In this document: positions 38,875-51,229 of the stretch, in pieces
How the letters are laid out: the number at the start of each line of letters is the position of its first letter
Position numbering within the stretch: the first letter of the stretch is position 1
NCBI GenBank assembly: GCA_002633005.1
Contig: NMRA01000089.1
Coordinates: forward strand, 496,001-560,000
Direction: 5' to 3'
From: Phoronis australis
Taxonomy: Eukaryota > Animalia > Phoronida
DNA: 64,000 bases
The notes under the pieces: model-generated
Told to the model about the DNA's origin: nothing
Database searches by the model: none
What the model saw: the letters and a program-made list of their open reading frames with translations, nothing else
Program-made: the position numbers and the translations under genes

Positions 38875-41077
38875 ATTTTTCAAGGGCTTCTACTATTGTG
38901 TTGTGAATGCCAACAGATTTTCAAAACTTTGTCTGGTGGAATCTGTCATACAAAACTTGACTATGGAAAAGCATTTGTTGGATTGGAGAAAGTACTAAAT
39001 TAAATAAAAGTTTACCTGTTGGCCATATTGTGTCCTAAATTGATGAGGTTTTACAGTATATTTTCTGTTGGTTGTCCCAAGCACCGTAACTCATTTGAGA
39101 TCCAACGTGTATGAAAGCTTTTAATTTTGGAGCCGTCACAAAGTGCCATTCATTTCCAATCCCAAAAACCACTTCTTATCTAACACTAAAGTTGAGATCA
39201 TTTTTATAGTCCACACTAAGTCGTCTTTAAATCAAAGTTTGATAAAATGCAGGTTTATAATCACTTTAATATAAGTCGAACTGTAGGTTAAACATTTCTC
39301 TGCAAAATTGTAGCTGCCCGCAAAGTAAATACAGAAAATTCTGAAAGAGCACAGAACTCTGCAAACAACGCTGTTTACAAAATTCAATATGGATTTGTAG
39401 AGTGGTCAGTGTTGCTCTTGACTTTATTTTCACATCATAAAATCATCTCTCTTTTGTTGCGCAGAGAGAAAATGTATTGTATGATTGACCGTTAGTTGTC
39501 TAACTGCTGAGAGCTGCTAACGCACTTTTGAGCTGAAGCCGACATGTGGAGAACATTTTGTTGCACTTCTTTTGGGTTCTCAATTTTTATGTCTAAATAT
39601 GCAACTTTCTATGCAACAGTAAAGCTCTATTTCAATCAGAATGAAAAACAGCTTGCTAATTTTTGTGTAGAATAGTAATTGACATGACAGCAGTGTAAAA
39701 CTGCAGGTCATCTTCCCCAGGATGCACAGCATTGTGGGTAAGTACCACAGAATCACAGATGGCGCTGTAGTCTTCCAGAAAATAACATTGTCTTTGATGG
39801 ATTCACAATACTTTGCAACTTTAGTAGGGCTGAAATAAGTTGACCGATTCCATTATATTGTTATCCAACACTTTTGGCTAGAATGAAAACTAAGTGAAGA
39901 GCCAGGGTGTACGACAGCTGCGAGCTGAGCTTTCTGAGTTTTGTGAACAATGGGTGAGCTCGGGTCAAGTCATGAAAATTCCATTCATTTAATGAACTTG
40001 CCACTTAAGTTCATTCAATTGTTCTCGCATAAGTTGGCGCCGTGAACTGTCGGCTCAACTATCATTCACACGAAGCAGGTAAGGACTCGGCTTCATTAGG
40101 CCAAGTATTTTTATGGAAGTGTACACGTGCATGTTAAGTTTAACTGTCTACATCTTCGTTATTAATGTTGTCGTACAAAGGTACAAGAACATAAATTTTT
40201 TCTTGGTGGGATTTTTAGATAAAGAGAGGAAATAATACACAATAAGTGTCTGATCCATGAAGACTCTCAAACAGAACTTCAAATGCACAGATATAGTGTA
40301 AGGATCTGCACAACTAATTGAACAACTCTCGTGTCAATTTTTTGATATAAAAGCTACAATTCTTGCATTGCATCCTTGTTTTGTGATAATGCTTACCGTT
40401 ATTTATGTGTCGGTGGTCTTCTCACTCCGACTTCATAATCTTCTAATCTTTTTATTTTAGAAAAAATGCCAAAATTGTAATTTCTTAATTTCCAAACTGA
40501 TTGCATTGTTAAAATGCTAAAAATTCACTAAAGTATTTTTTATGATTAGTGCAAACCATTCTTGAAAGATGAAGTCGGTTTTTCAAGGTTTATTTCAGTT
40601 TTGTGAGAAATTTGATCTGGACTTATTTGAGAATTTTAAGTAACATTTTTTGCACACTGATGATTTTTTCAAGCTTCTGAGACTCCTGTTGGTGTGTGTC
40701 AATTATTGATACGGGGTACCGTATAAATGGCAAGAAATTTTGGACAAAATCCAGTCCACGTATGTGACTGGTTGAATCCCAATCCATCTCTTCTGTTTCA
40801 GAATGGATGCCATGACTTTCAACAATACATTCCTTCACACCACATTCAAACCGGGTTTTTATTTGTCATTCAGATCAAAGTATGACCATTCCTCACAGCT
40901 AGTGAACACTTTGAAGTCATAGCTGTGTTGTCAATGTTAAGTTAATCATGCTGTCAGAGATAGTTTTGCCTGCACAGATTTGTGAACACTCACCAAACTT
41001 TATTCCATAAATCACATTGGCATAGCTGTCCTTAGGGTGCACAAGGTTTTGTCTCAATTAGCTTACAGGTTTAGTAA

Positions 41078-42221
41078 AGAGTTCCCACAATGAGTTTTTG
41101 TAGTTTTTGAGGTTTCAGTTTGCTAATATGAAATGAATACCATAAAATCTAACTAAATAAGCACTTTTTATGCCAAATAGTTGTGATTTTTTTAATTTTG
41201 AAGACAAATTAATTATTTACAAGTTTCCTGCCAAACGATATAATGGGTGGAAGATGTTTGGTCACTTGACAATCAATTGCAATGGCGGAACACAGCAGAT
41301 CAGAAGACGCGAGGACGATTTTGAGCGAGATCTGGACAATTGCTATGCAGACAGAGAAGAGAGAGGATACGGACATCACACTCAAGAACTTGAAGAATAA
41401 GACAATGAATTCGATTTCCCACTTAGTGAACTTTCGTCGGCTTTTGAGGCCGTATGAACTCGACCCACTTTACAAGAAATGCTGCAGACATATGTGAGCC
41501 ACACCAGCTGAACTAAGGGGTGGTCAATTTTCACAAAATAGACACTGACAAAGGCCACAGTAAACCTGGGTCACTTATTAAGTATTCACTATTGCCATGA
41601 TATAATGAGCCCATGATCTAAACACACTGCCTAAGACTACTACCTGTCATAGCACTCGATCTGGGCCGGGTCCTGGCATCACTCGCCTTAGAATGAAAGC
41701 AGTTTGTTCGTAATATATAAAATTTTTGCAAAACACAAGGTGGCATGTCCTTTATTGTATCGCCATTTTTGTGTTTAGTGGAAACACAATTCTTTGAAAT
41801 GTGCCGAACAAAGTGTGGCTCACGACTTAATCGCATGTTTCACACTTATTTCCACACTCTTGTGCAGCGCACAAACTGATGCCATTTCTTTGCAACTTTC
41901 ACGTATTTAGAAAATTTGAACACAGAGACGTTCTCAGTCAAGTTGCTGTTACTACAGCCCCACAAACACAACTTTTCATGTCTGAAAAAGGCTGCTCTCC
42001 GCGGACTTTCCTCGCAACTCCTCAGTATCGCACTGGTAAAAACGCCAACACAGTGGAGATGGTCTTCCATTCATTACGTACAACATCGATAACAGAAAAA
42101 TAAATATATTTTTTTAATTTTTGCTTGTTTTTTAGCAACAGGTATACTAAAGGCTATTTAAATCCGTTAAGGTGTATTTAATAAAATTCTTTTTGAGACA
42201 CAGGGTCATGATGGGAACCCT
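41078..42221. mobile_element. Internally deleted Kolobok-type DNA transposon
   Basis: gtaa|AGAGTTCCCACAATGA ... TCATGATGGGAACCCT|ttaa. Contains a THAP remnant on the minus strand and an acidic 'RPYELDP' ORF remnant on the plus strand. Confidence 0.65.
41780..41979 (-). pseudogene. Frameshifted THAP zinc-finger domain remnant
   Basis: MKSCV/WGCSNSNLTENVSVFKFSKYVKVAKKWHQFVRCTRVW.../ATLCSAHFKE: the C2CH THAP pattern spread over frameshifts and stops. Confidence 0.75.
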
Positions 42222-42992
42222 TTAAAAGAGGTGTTAATGTGGAAAACAGTTCTTAGTTGTTCAGAGTCTCCTCATACAGAATAGTCTCATCTGAATGTTC
42301 TAGCAGCAGGCTTGCTAAACACCTAATGTGGTATCTGCACTTTTGCCAAAATATCACGTGACTCTGGCATACCTGTCACATTGGCGTCAGAGGTAAATAC
42401 GGCTGAAAAAGTGAAAGAAACCCGATTTTTTTAAATATAAACTCATCATAGCGTTGAATGAGACTGTGGCTAACTATGGTCTTGGAAAGTGAATTTCAAC
42501 ATTGCCTCTTAAGTTTTTATTGCACTGTACAGGACAGTCAATCGTAATTTACTTTAATTGCACTGCGACTCAAAATTGATCCAAGTTCAACCTTTGAAAG
42601 CATGTCTTACAGTTTGAAAAAGAAATCTACTGCAAATTTCTAGAAGGAAATAGAACCCTATCATGGCAAGGAATATTATGAGACCAATTTTGTAAAGGAA
42701 GCAAACTTAATTAGTTTTTCTTAGCGAGCTGAATTGGGTGAAATGCACCTTTAAAAGTTACCCACAGTCTGTTTTTCATAACTTAAATCATGACCATTAG
42801 TCAAATTGAAAATATACCAAGTTCTAATCGCTAGTAATACTTGATGACATTGAACATTTTGTAGCTATTAATATGATGGCCATGCAGAATTGTTAACAGA
42901 AATAATCTATTTCCTCATATTTCTAATGTTTGTTAATGCTCTTGGTAACAAATAATATTGCCGATGTATATAACGATGAACAAAAACGTCAG

Positions 42993-43387
42993 GGCCCGGT
43001 CTCCAATCTTTTTACTTGAAATGGAACTCGAAATTAGGTTTGTCATTTTCTACTCTACTTTTGGGCGAACTGAAGATAAGTGTCTATTATTGCTGAGTAC
43101 ACAATAACTTACTTAGATAATTTATTGCCCTTAGTTCACAGTTTGTTAACCCAATATTAAAGCAATAAGTTCGAGTTTGAACTCGAAATTTGAGTTTTTA
43201 CTCGAGTTTGAAGCACGAATATAAGGGTCTTCAAGGGCAAACTTGAACTAGAAACTCCTATGCATAAACTATAATGTATTCGAGAACAGTCTGATAACCA
43301 ATTATCTTAAGTTCGCACAGAAGGAGCAGAGAAATTGCCAAAAATAGTTTCGAGTTCGTTTCGAGTACAAAGATTAGAGACCGGGCC
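42993..43387. mobile_element. PIF/Harbinger-type MITE
   Basis: cag|ggcccggtctccaatcttt ... aaagattagagaccgggcc|cag; 3-bp TSD CAG; internal aactcga motifs. Confidence 0.85.
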
Positions 43388-44134
43388 CAGGACTAAGATG
43401 TTCAACGCACCTAGGGACCAATGCACACATGTTTTTGTAAATGTTGATTTGTTGAAATTGACATTGTTGGGGACAGCGAAGTACATGATTAGAGTAACTC
43501 TGGAGTTTATATCCTGGATATGAAAGAATTTTCCCTGTATACCGTTTGGTGAGTGCAGTGTAAATTGAACATACTTGAGTCTAGGTTTGTTTACTGACCA
43601 AACTGAAATTTGTGTACATTACAGACACATTAAGTGATATTTTTGCTGAGGGCTTTCAGTTTCTCAGGTGAAAAGTCTCCTTGGTGTATTTTCACATCAT
43701 GTGTTTTAAACCCATGTCCACTTTAATCAAACCAAAGAAACAGTTGAATTTCACCACTTGGGAGGCCTAATTTATCAGTACCTAATTAAACTATAGTGAC
43801 ATATTTCTTGTTGAGATAGTATTTATTCATTTTCTCTTTTGTTCAATTAGTAAATGGCTATTTGTGCTAAACATTTTTATGTAAGCTAATGCATAATATA
43901 TAGTATAGCAAGTAATTAATATTGATAAACTGTAAAATGGTTTACGGTTTCATGTTGAGATGGTAATCTGATGTTAGACTCCTAGTATGCTGTGGGGTGA
44001 GTTTCCCGATTTCACTGATCGGGAGCTGGGGGTATAGCTGTGTCGTCATCAATTTGACAGTAGGGCCTATCCCATACAGTTAACTTTACTACAATCAAAC
44101 AAGCTATCCTGAAGTTATGCATGAGTGTTCGCAT

Positions 44135-45067
44135 GAGTGTTTCAAAGACTTAGCAGGTGCTCGTGGACTGTCGCTGCTGTTAACGCAACCATGGGTCTCA
44201 TTGGCGAACACATGATCGCGCAAGATGCTGCTTGGCTGCCAGTACAAGAACTTGGTGAGGAACCGAATGTCATCATTGCTTTCAACAGGGAAGCTCGGGA
44301 ATGGCCTCCTGGAGTAGCCCAAGCATTGTGCCGTCAGCAATGTCGTGATCTTGGCGGTATTAATGCCATCATTGTAGCAACTGATGGATCCTTCGATGGT
44401 GAAACTAATCGTGCGGGATGGGGCTATCAAATACGCTGTGCTAACAACGTCATTGCGGAAGGTAGTGGCTGCCACCATATATCCACAAGCAGTACGCGGA
44501 TGGAGTTTGAGGCTATACAACGAGCCCTAACCAAGCTGTCACTCCTAGACCTGGAGAATCACACCATTATCTTTGCCACCGATTCCATGGCAGTGTTGAT
44601 GAAAGTTCAATCTGGAAACCTCCCAGCCAACTGGGGTGTCTTCCGATCACGCCACCCTCATCATGTAGTGATCTGGTCTTTCGTACCTGGCCACGCCGGT
44701 GTCTTGATTAATGAGCGTGCAGATTACGGTACCTCGCTGGCTCATTCACCACCAACCAACCCCTCTACTTATATTCGGCTGACGTTAAGCTGCTGGCCCG
44801 CAAACGCAACCTCGAGCAGACTGCATCCCAGCTGGCTGAGTTCAATGATGGCAGCCGCCTGCTTGAAGCCGGTATTATTTATGGCCATGCTGTGAAGAGT
44901 CACAAGAAGAGCCGTGCCCGAGTGCTGTCTAATCAAATGCTTACAGGCAACGTCAGTCCTGGAGTTCTGCGCCTTCTGCTGTCACGGGGATGGTCTGGGG
45001 AGGGGATTAATGCACCAGCATATCCCCAATGATCCTGTCCGTGACAGGTATTACTGGTATTACAGGT
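44135..45067 (+). mobile_element. 5'-truncated non-LTR retrotransposon with RNase H (Ingi-like / I-group)
   Basis: RNase H motifs TDGS, SSTRMEFEAI, TDSMAVL, VPGHAGVLINERAD. 14-bp TSD atgagtgttcgcat at 44121-44134 and 45068-45081; 3' tail of (caggtatta)-type repeats. Confidence 0.9.
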
Positions 45068-46000
45068 ATGAGTGTTCGCATCAACTTCGGTGTCCTGATT
45101 CAGCGAAGCTATCGCAACGTGGCACTAATATGATCTTCATCTTTTGGACTCTCAAGTGATTTTTTACCTTTTTAAGGAAAGAATCCAGGAACCATGGACA
45201 AACTGAAACAGAATGCTTATGCTACCAAAATGACAAATACTGAAACAAAATATTAACCAGTTAGCATTTGCAGTGACACCAGCTGATAACTCTGATGGCA
45301 TCGAAGTTACGTGTTCTCATTATACCGAAGAATTTACACTTCGTTGTTTACCAGCTTTTTTATCTTTGATAAAAGACCGAAGTTAAGATTTCCCGCTGTA
45401 ACAGTAATACCGAAGATTCTGAGGCAGTGGGAAAGGCCTTAGTGATAACAAGGGGAGAAAGTTGACTAACCAATGTTTACATGGTCCAGCTCTGTTATTG
45501 TCTGCCTTCAGCTGATTAGCTCACATAATGCATCAATAATGTTGTAAACTGTGCCCCTGTTGCTAATCGGCCCCTGTTGCTAATCGATATTTAAAAAATA
45601 CTATTTCCAAACGACGTCCAACGAATCTTGTGGAGACGATTTGCTTTTTTATGACAATACTATTAACAGAAATAGACATAACCTTCACCCACTGATTCCT
45701 TTGGGTGATTTTAAGGTCTGATCCCTCATACTGCCACAGCCTTGTGTACCTAGACAATAAGTTTATTTGTCATGTTTAATTGAACACTAGCTGCCCCCCC
45801 CATGGTTTTGCATATAAGTCAGTAAAACAAGCATATTCCCTATTGTGGGTTGTAAGACATAGATCTTAGCAGTGCACTCAGGAAGCTAATTTGTTTGTAA
45901 ACAGTGAAGTCTTGTACTTAGGTGTAATGAATGGTTTGTAAATATTCTGGTGTGACCACATAGCATCATGTAGAAAGAAAAAGAAATTATGAAGAGTGTA

Positions 46001-46370
46001 GGGATTTTCTCGTGACAAAACGCGGGCGAAATGTGACAAAACAAAGGCGATAATTGCTGCGAAGCCGAGTACCAAGTTTGGCGGCAACAGGCCCCAAGAA
46101 GTACGTATGCGGAGGAAGCCAGAGGTAGTGAAATTGAACCGACAGACTGACGTCACCAAGGCCAAAGGGCAGTACGAAACTTGCCAGCCTCCCTCCAAGT
46201 CCGCAAAAAAACGGCCTGCGCGAGACAATGAACACTTCGAATCTAAATAAAGGCGACGTGCACTACCTGGGACAAAGGTGGTGCCGAGATGGGCGCATCG
46301 AAGTCTGTAGTGGAGCGGGGGAAATGCAATTCGTGTGAACTTTTTGTTTTTTAAAGATGATTCTAGATGA
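46001..46370 (+). pseudogene. GC-rich decayed coding fragment with chromodomain-like C-terminal motif
   Basis: Across two frameshifts it reads ...PPSKSAKKRPARDNE / GDVHYLGQRWCRDGRIE / VVERGKCNSCE, similar to 'R..DGxxEYLVEW' chromo-like motifs. Confidence 0.3.
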
Positions 46371-49342
46371 GATTGTGATCTTGATCTTAACAGTACTGAG
46401 AAATGGTACATCAGGTGACAAGTCTGCTATAGTAACAGATTTTGCTGTTTGCCCAACTAGTTTATAAATAAACTCATTTTTGATGTATATTTTACCAAGT
46501 TTTAATACTATCATGGTTACATTCTGTGCACAATGCTCGTACTTCTCATGGCATTGTTACATGCATCTTATTATCTTGGAACATTACAGACTCAGCATCA
46601 AAAAGCCATAAACTATTGTTAACTAAGCTATGCTCAGCTTCAACTGGACAGGGTAATTGGTTTCTGCTGAGATAAATATATTAAATGGACAAAGCATTCC
46701 CACACAACTTTCCATGCATAAGTGGCCGTGCTCATGTTGCAAGTGTGAGACTTGCAGGATTTTTCTCCATAAATTAGATTAAATTAGAAAAAAAAAATAA
46801 AAAGAATATACAATTTCAAAGTAGTTGTGCTCCTTCTACTAAAACAGCTCAGTTATTTACGGTTTTGCGATGGGCCAGTCAGCGGTATGCGCAAACTTAA
46901 TTACCAAGGTAGTAAATTACACTCATGCACTTAATGTTTTATATATGCTGCAGTTTCTTTAAGTAAAATGCAGCACTCTGGGGTTACATCCACCACTCAG
47001 TGAACTGGAAGAATGAGTTTGCCATCACAATGAGCCATGTTTACATTATGCTTTTAACGCAGCAAGTTGAAGATTTTTCTTATTTACATTACAAGTGGAC
47101 CAAATGCTAATAATTTGCTGTTACTGGCATATTTAGTTGGATTTTAGAGTTGGAAATCATTGAGTAAACCAAACTCATTATTTGTCAGTAGAACCCTGAC
47201 ATGCAATTCTTCATTATGAAGATTATTACGGTAGTTGATGACGTGCTTGCGGGGAGGTGGATGTAATCGGACTATATTTTGTAAGCAGTGCGCTGCTGGG
47301 AATTTAGGTTACCCGCAACCTAAGCTTTGAACTATTAAAACAAACCACACTTTTATAACATTTCCATGTAACATAGTCTTTTTGTAGAGGTTCTAAAGCA
47401 CAAAAATGTTATTGGTGACTTTGATTAAACAACTGTTTGGACTGTGTTCTTTTTATCACAGCAAACCTCAAAACCATCTTCTGTATTGGTCCAGAATTTT
47501 GAACGTTCTTGAAGAGAACTGAATGCGAAAAGGTACCCTAGAAAATCTGGTCTGGAACGTCACACGGGACATTAGTCTATAAAATGTAAACCAATACAAA
47601 AGAACCATCCTGAAATGTCACAGCTCCACTCTCGTTCTAAAGCATTTACCCACAATGCAACAGTCAAGCACTTGTACTGCTTCTTCACAGCAAATGTTCT
47701 TGTCACCATTTCATTTCCTAATGTTTATGATTTCACTTTGAGTTGCAATACTGACATCAAGGATGCAAACAGTGGTTGGTGTACAGTGGGTGTACAATGA
47801 ATTGATCTTCCCTTGTCAATCTATGAGTGGTTGGCATTTTGAAAAGTATGTCAGCCATGCAATGCATTTTCCTGTCTCTGCCAGTTCATTTGAGAACGGG
47901 CCTATTGCACTCCCAATATTGATTACATGTTTGGTATGGTTGTTAGTAGTTTTCAAAAGCTCTGAATGGCTTTTTGAACTTTGATTGATAGGACAGCAAG
48001 CTGTTGTTTTTCATCAGTTTTTGACAAGCTGGGAGTATAAGCATGTAAAGTACAAGTGGATGGAAATGTGTAAGAAAAGACATTTTGAAAGAATGCTTGT
48101 GAGAGGATTTATGTGTTTGTGTCAAAAGAACACAGTTGGGGAACCAAATTCATGTCGCTGTAAAAAAGGAAGACTTGATATCTTAAATAAAATGGAGGTT
48201 TGAAGCCACATTTTTTCCAAAAGTCTTACTACTAAATACTCTTTAAAGGAATAGGGACCAGTGTGATTTATTTTAGGCTGAATGAATCGGGCAATTCAAT
48301 TAAATCTGCATTTCGCTAAAAAAACTCATAAAATCAGCCAAATAATATTCCTTACTATGATAGGATTTTGACTTTATTGGGAAATAGAATCTTATCATGG
48401 TTAGGAATATTACGAGATCCAGTTGATGATAGTATAGGGCCTAATTTGGTGTTTGTTATAAGTTGCCTTCCATCGTATTAAGTTTATTTGAAAACGTAAG
48501 TGGTAAAATATTAGTTGAATGAGTGAACTGTTTACTCACCATTGACATGCTTTACATAGTATTGATTTTAAGGTGCAAAAACAGCAGCTGTGGCCCGTTT
48601 GTATAAAAAACAATTCAGACATTTTTGAGTTAAAAAAACTGCCATTCAAAACTATGCCATTTTTTAAAGGCAATTAGTGTTTCCAAAGTGTAATTGCGTA
48701 AAATAAACTAATTGTGAATTTGCCGTGTTCATTATGGTTGCCATAGCAGTTAAGAGATTTCCTTAACTTCCCAATTACGAACCAATGGCAGTCGTGATGA
48801 TCTTATACAATAGCTGACGTCCACCAATACATGATTTGTTTTGTTTACAGTCACCATGAGCTGCCTACAGTCACTGACACCCAGTCCTGTAAATGTGTGA
48901 CTGGGCCCCTTAAAAATAATTGCATTCTATTTTGACCTGCTTCCTGTGCTTTTTAGAATAATTTTTATGTGCGGGATATCGAGACTTCAACTTTTTGTAA
49001 ATAAAATAGCTACCCAGATTGTCAGTTGTGTTGCATGAAGAGGACTCATCATTAACAATGCATTTTTTACACTTATGTACTTTTTATTCATAAATATTTA
49101 TAAAATGTCTCAAATAGCTTTAGTCCTTCCTGTTAAGGGCTCTTATGTTTAATTTACTTTAAAAACTTTCTTTAGTCTAGAAAAACGCTGTGCAAGGAGA
49201 GAGTTACACAAAGCACTGGCGACCTGTCAGTGAGGTTAGACAGATCGTCATTTGTCACATGAGCACCTGAGTACAGTAAAATCTCACCAATTTCAGACAT
49301 TACCAAAATCGGTCTTTCATTTTTATAATCCCACTAACATCT

Positions 49343-49545
49343 TTGTGAGTGCACTTAAGATGTGTTCATTTTTGTGAGTGCACTTGTGTTCTTTTTTGTG
49401 AGTACACTTATTGTGTTTATTTTGTGAGTGCACTAAAGATATGTTCATTTTTGTGAATACACTTAAGTTTTATTCATTTTTGTGATTGCAGTTAAGATGT
49501 GTTCATTTTTGTGATTGCACTTATTAGTTGCGTTCATTATTCATA
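49343..49545. repeat. Degenerate ~30-bp tandem repeat, ~6-7 units
   Basis: Unit tttgtgagtgcacttaagatgtgttcattt with variants. Confidence 0.85.
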
Positions 49546-49870
49546 AGTGCGATAATTTTCCACTTATTTCACACAAAAACAGTTCCTAAAATTATAATTT
49601 TTCCATTTTTCAAAAGCTGATTACTTTGCTGCAAATTACGGAAAATTTACCAAAGCTGTTTTAGGACATCTGCACAGTACAAACTATGCTAGTAACAAAC
49701 TACAATTTTCTGCCTTATGTTGTTGATTTTACCCTATTTGAATCACTTGTGACCTTTGGGTGTCGCCTTTTCACTGTGTGAAAATAATTGTTTTAGGGTA
49801 CAAAGGATACCAAATTACACAAGACACTGGCGCTTACATTCAGCCCTATAGGTGCATTAACCTTACTTAA

Positions 49871-51229
49871 AGTCCTGGTCTCGCGCGTTGTTAACCCTTA
49901 TTACATGGTTAGAAGATGTTATAAGGATCCAAGAAGTACCTACCCCATAACTAATACACGATCCGTACTCGAAAACAGTTTAGATGAACGCGCCACTCAC
50001 GATTCCCACCCGAAGAAACACCGCCATTTTGAACTTGCCGCGAACCCGGAAGTACAATTCATTCAGGAACCCAGGCCGAGAAAACGCCGTCAGTGCGACT
50101 GGAGCAGTGCCTGTACTGTTACCAGCCAGCAAACGGGGATAAANNNNNNNNNNNNNNNNNNNNNNNNNNNNNNNNNNNNNNNNNNNNNNNNNNNNNNNNN
50201 NNNNNNNNNNNNNNNNNNNNNNNNNNNNNNNNNNNNNNNNNNNNNNNNNNNNNNNNNNNNNNNNNNNNNNNNNNNNNNNNNNNNNNNNNNNNNNNNNNNN
50301 NNNNNNNNNNNNNNNNNNNNNNNNNNNNNNNNNNNNNNNNNNNNNNNNNNNNNNNNNNNNNNNNNNNNNNNNNNNNNNNNNNNNNNNNNNNNNNNNNNNN
50401 NNNNNNNNNNNNNNNNNNNNNNNNNNNNNNNNNNNNNNNNNNNNNNNNNNNNNNNNNNNNNNNNNNNNNNNNNNNNNNNNNNNNNNNNNNNNNNNNNNNN
50501 NNNNNNNNNNNNNNNNNNNNNNNNNNNNNNNNNNNNNNNNNNNNNNNNNNNNNNNNNNNNNNNNNNNNNNNNNNNNNNNNNNNNNNNNNNNNNNNNNNNN
50601 NNNNNNNNNNNNNNNNNNNNNNNNNNNNNNNNNNNNNNNNNNNNNNNNNNNNNNNNNNNNNNNNNNNNNNNNNNNNNNNNNNNNNNNNNNNNNNNNNNNN
50701 NNNNNNNNNNNNNNNNNNNNNNNNNNNNNNNNNNNNNNNNNNNNNNNNNNNNNNNNNNNNNNNNNNNNNNNNNNNNNNNNNNNNNNNNNNNNNNNNNNNN
50801 NNNNNNNNNNNNNNNNNNNNNNNNNNNNNNNNNNNNNNNNNNNNNNNNNNNNNNNNNNNNNNNNNNNNNNNNNNNNNNNNNNNNNNNNNNNNNNNNNNNN
50901 NNNNNNNNNNNNNNNNNNNNNNNNNNNNNNNNNNACTAATAAAACAAAATAATGAAGACTTTTCGAGCAAGCCATAGCACATTCAGTTACAAGGAAAAAA
51001 TGGCGGCGTTCAGGACAAGTTCCTGAACTGATGAGCCGGAAATGTGGGTACGGAAATAACCGATGACAACCGGTAATCATACGCTCAGAGAGAAGGGTGA
51101 AATACTGTTAAAAAATCGCTTTTGGCAAGAAAGGCGAAAAGAATATAAAGAAAGGGTGTCGAAAATAAGAATTTATGTAGTAAGTATTTTCGGATACTGG
51201 AACCACATGGGCAGTTTGCAACAAGGACT
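49871..51229. mobile_element. TTAA-flanked Kolobok-type element spanning the gap
   Basis: ttaa|AGTCCTGGT ... ACAAGGACT|ttaa with a CpG-rich interior; the TIR match is short. Confidence 0.45.
50144..50934. other. Assembly gap (791 N)
   Basis: Run of N. Confidence 1.

Noticed and set aside
45878-46411. 177-aa minus-strand ORF as a gene
   Set aside because: No recognizable motif; best explained as the antisense of a plus-strand decayed coding fragment.
51027-51062. CTGATGA...GAAA hammerhead candidate
   Set aside because: No proper stem II closing pair before GAAA and no convincing stems I/III.
49905-51080. Long ORFs of 287-366 aa
   Set aside because: Artifacts of translating through the N gap.
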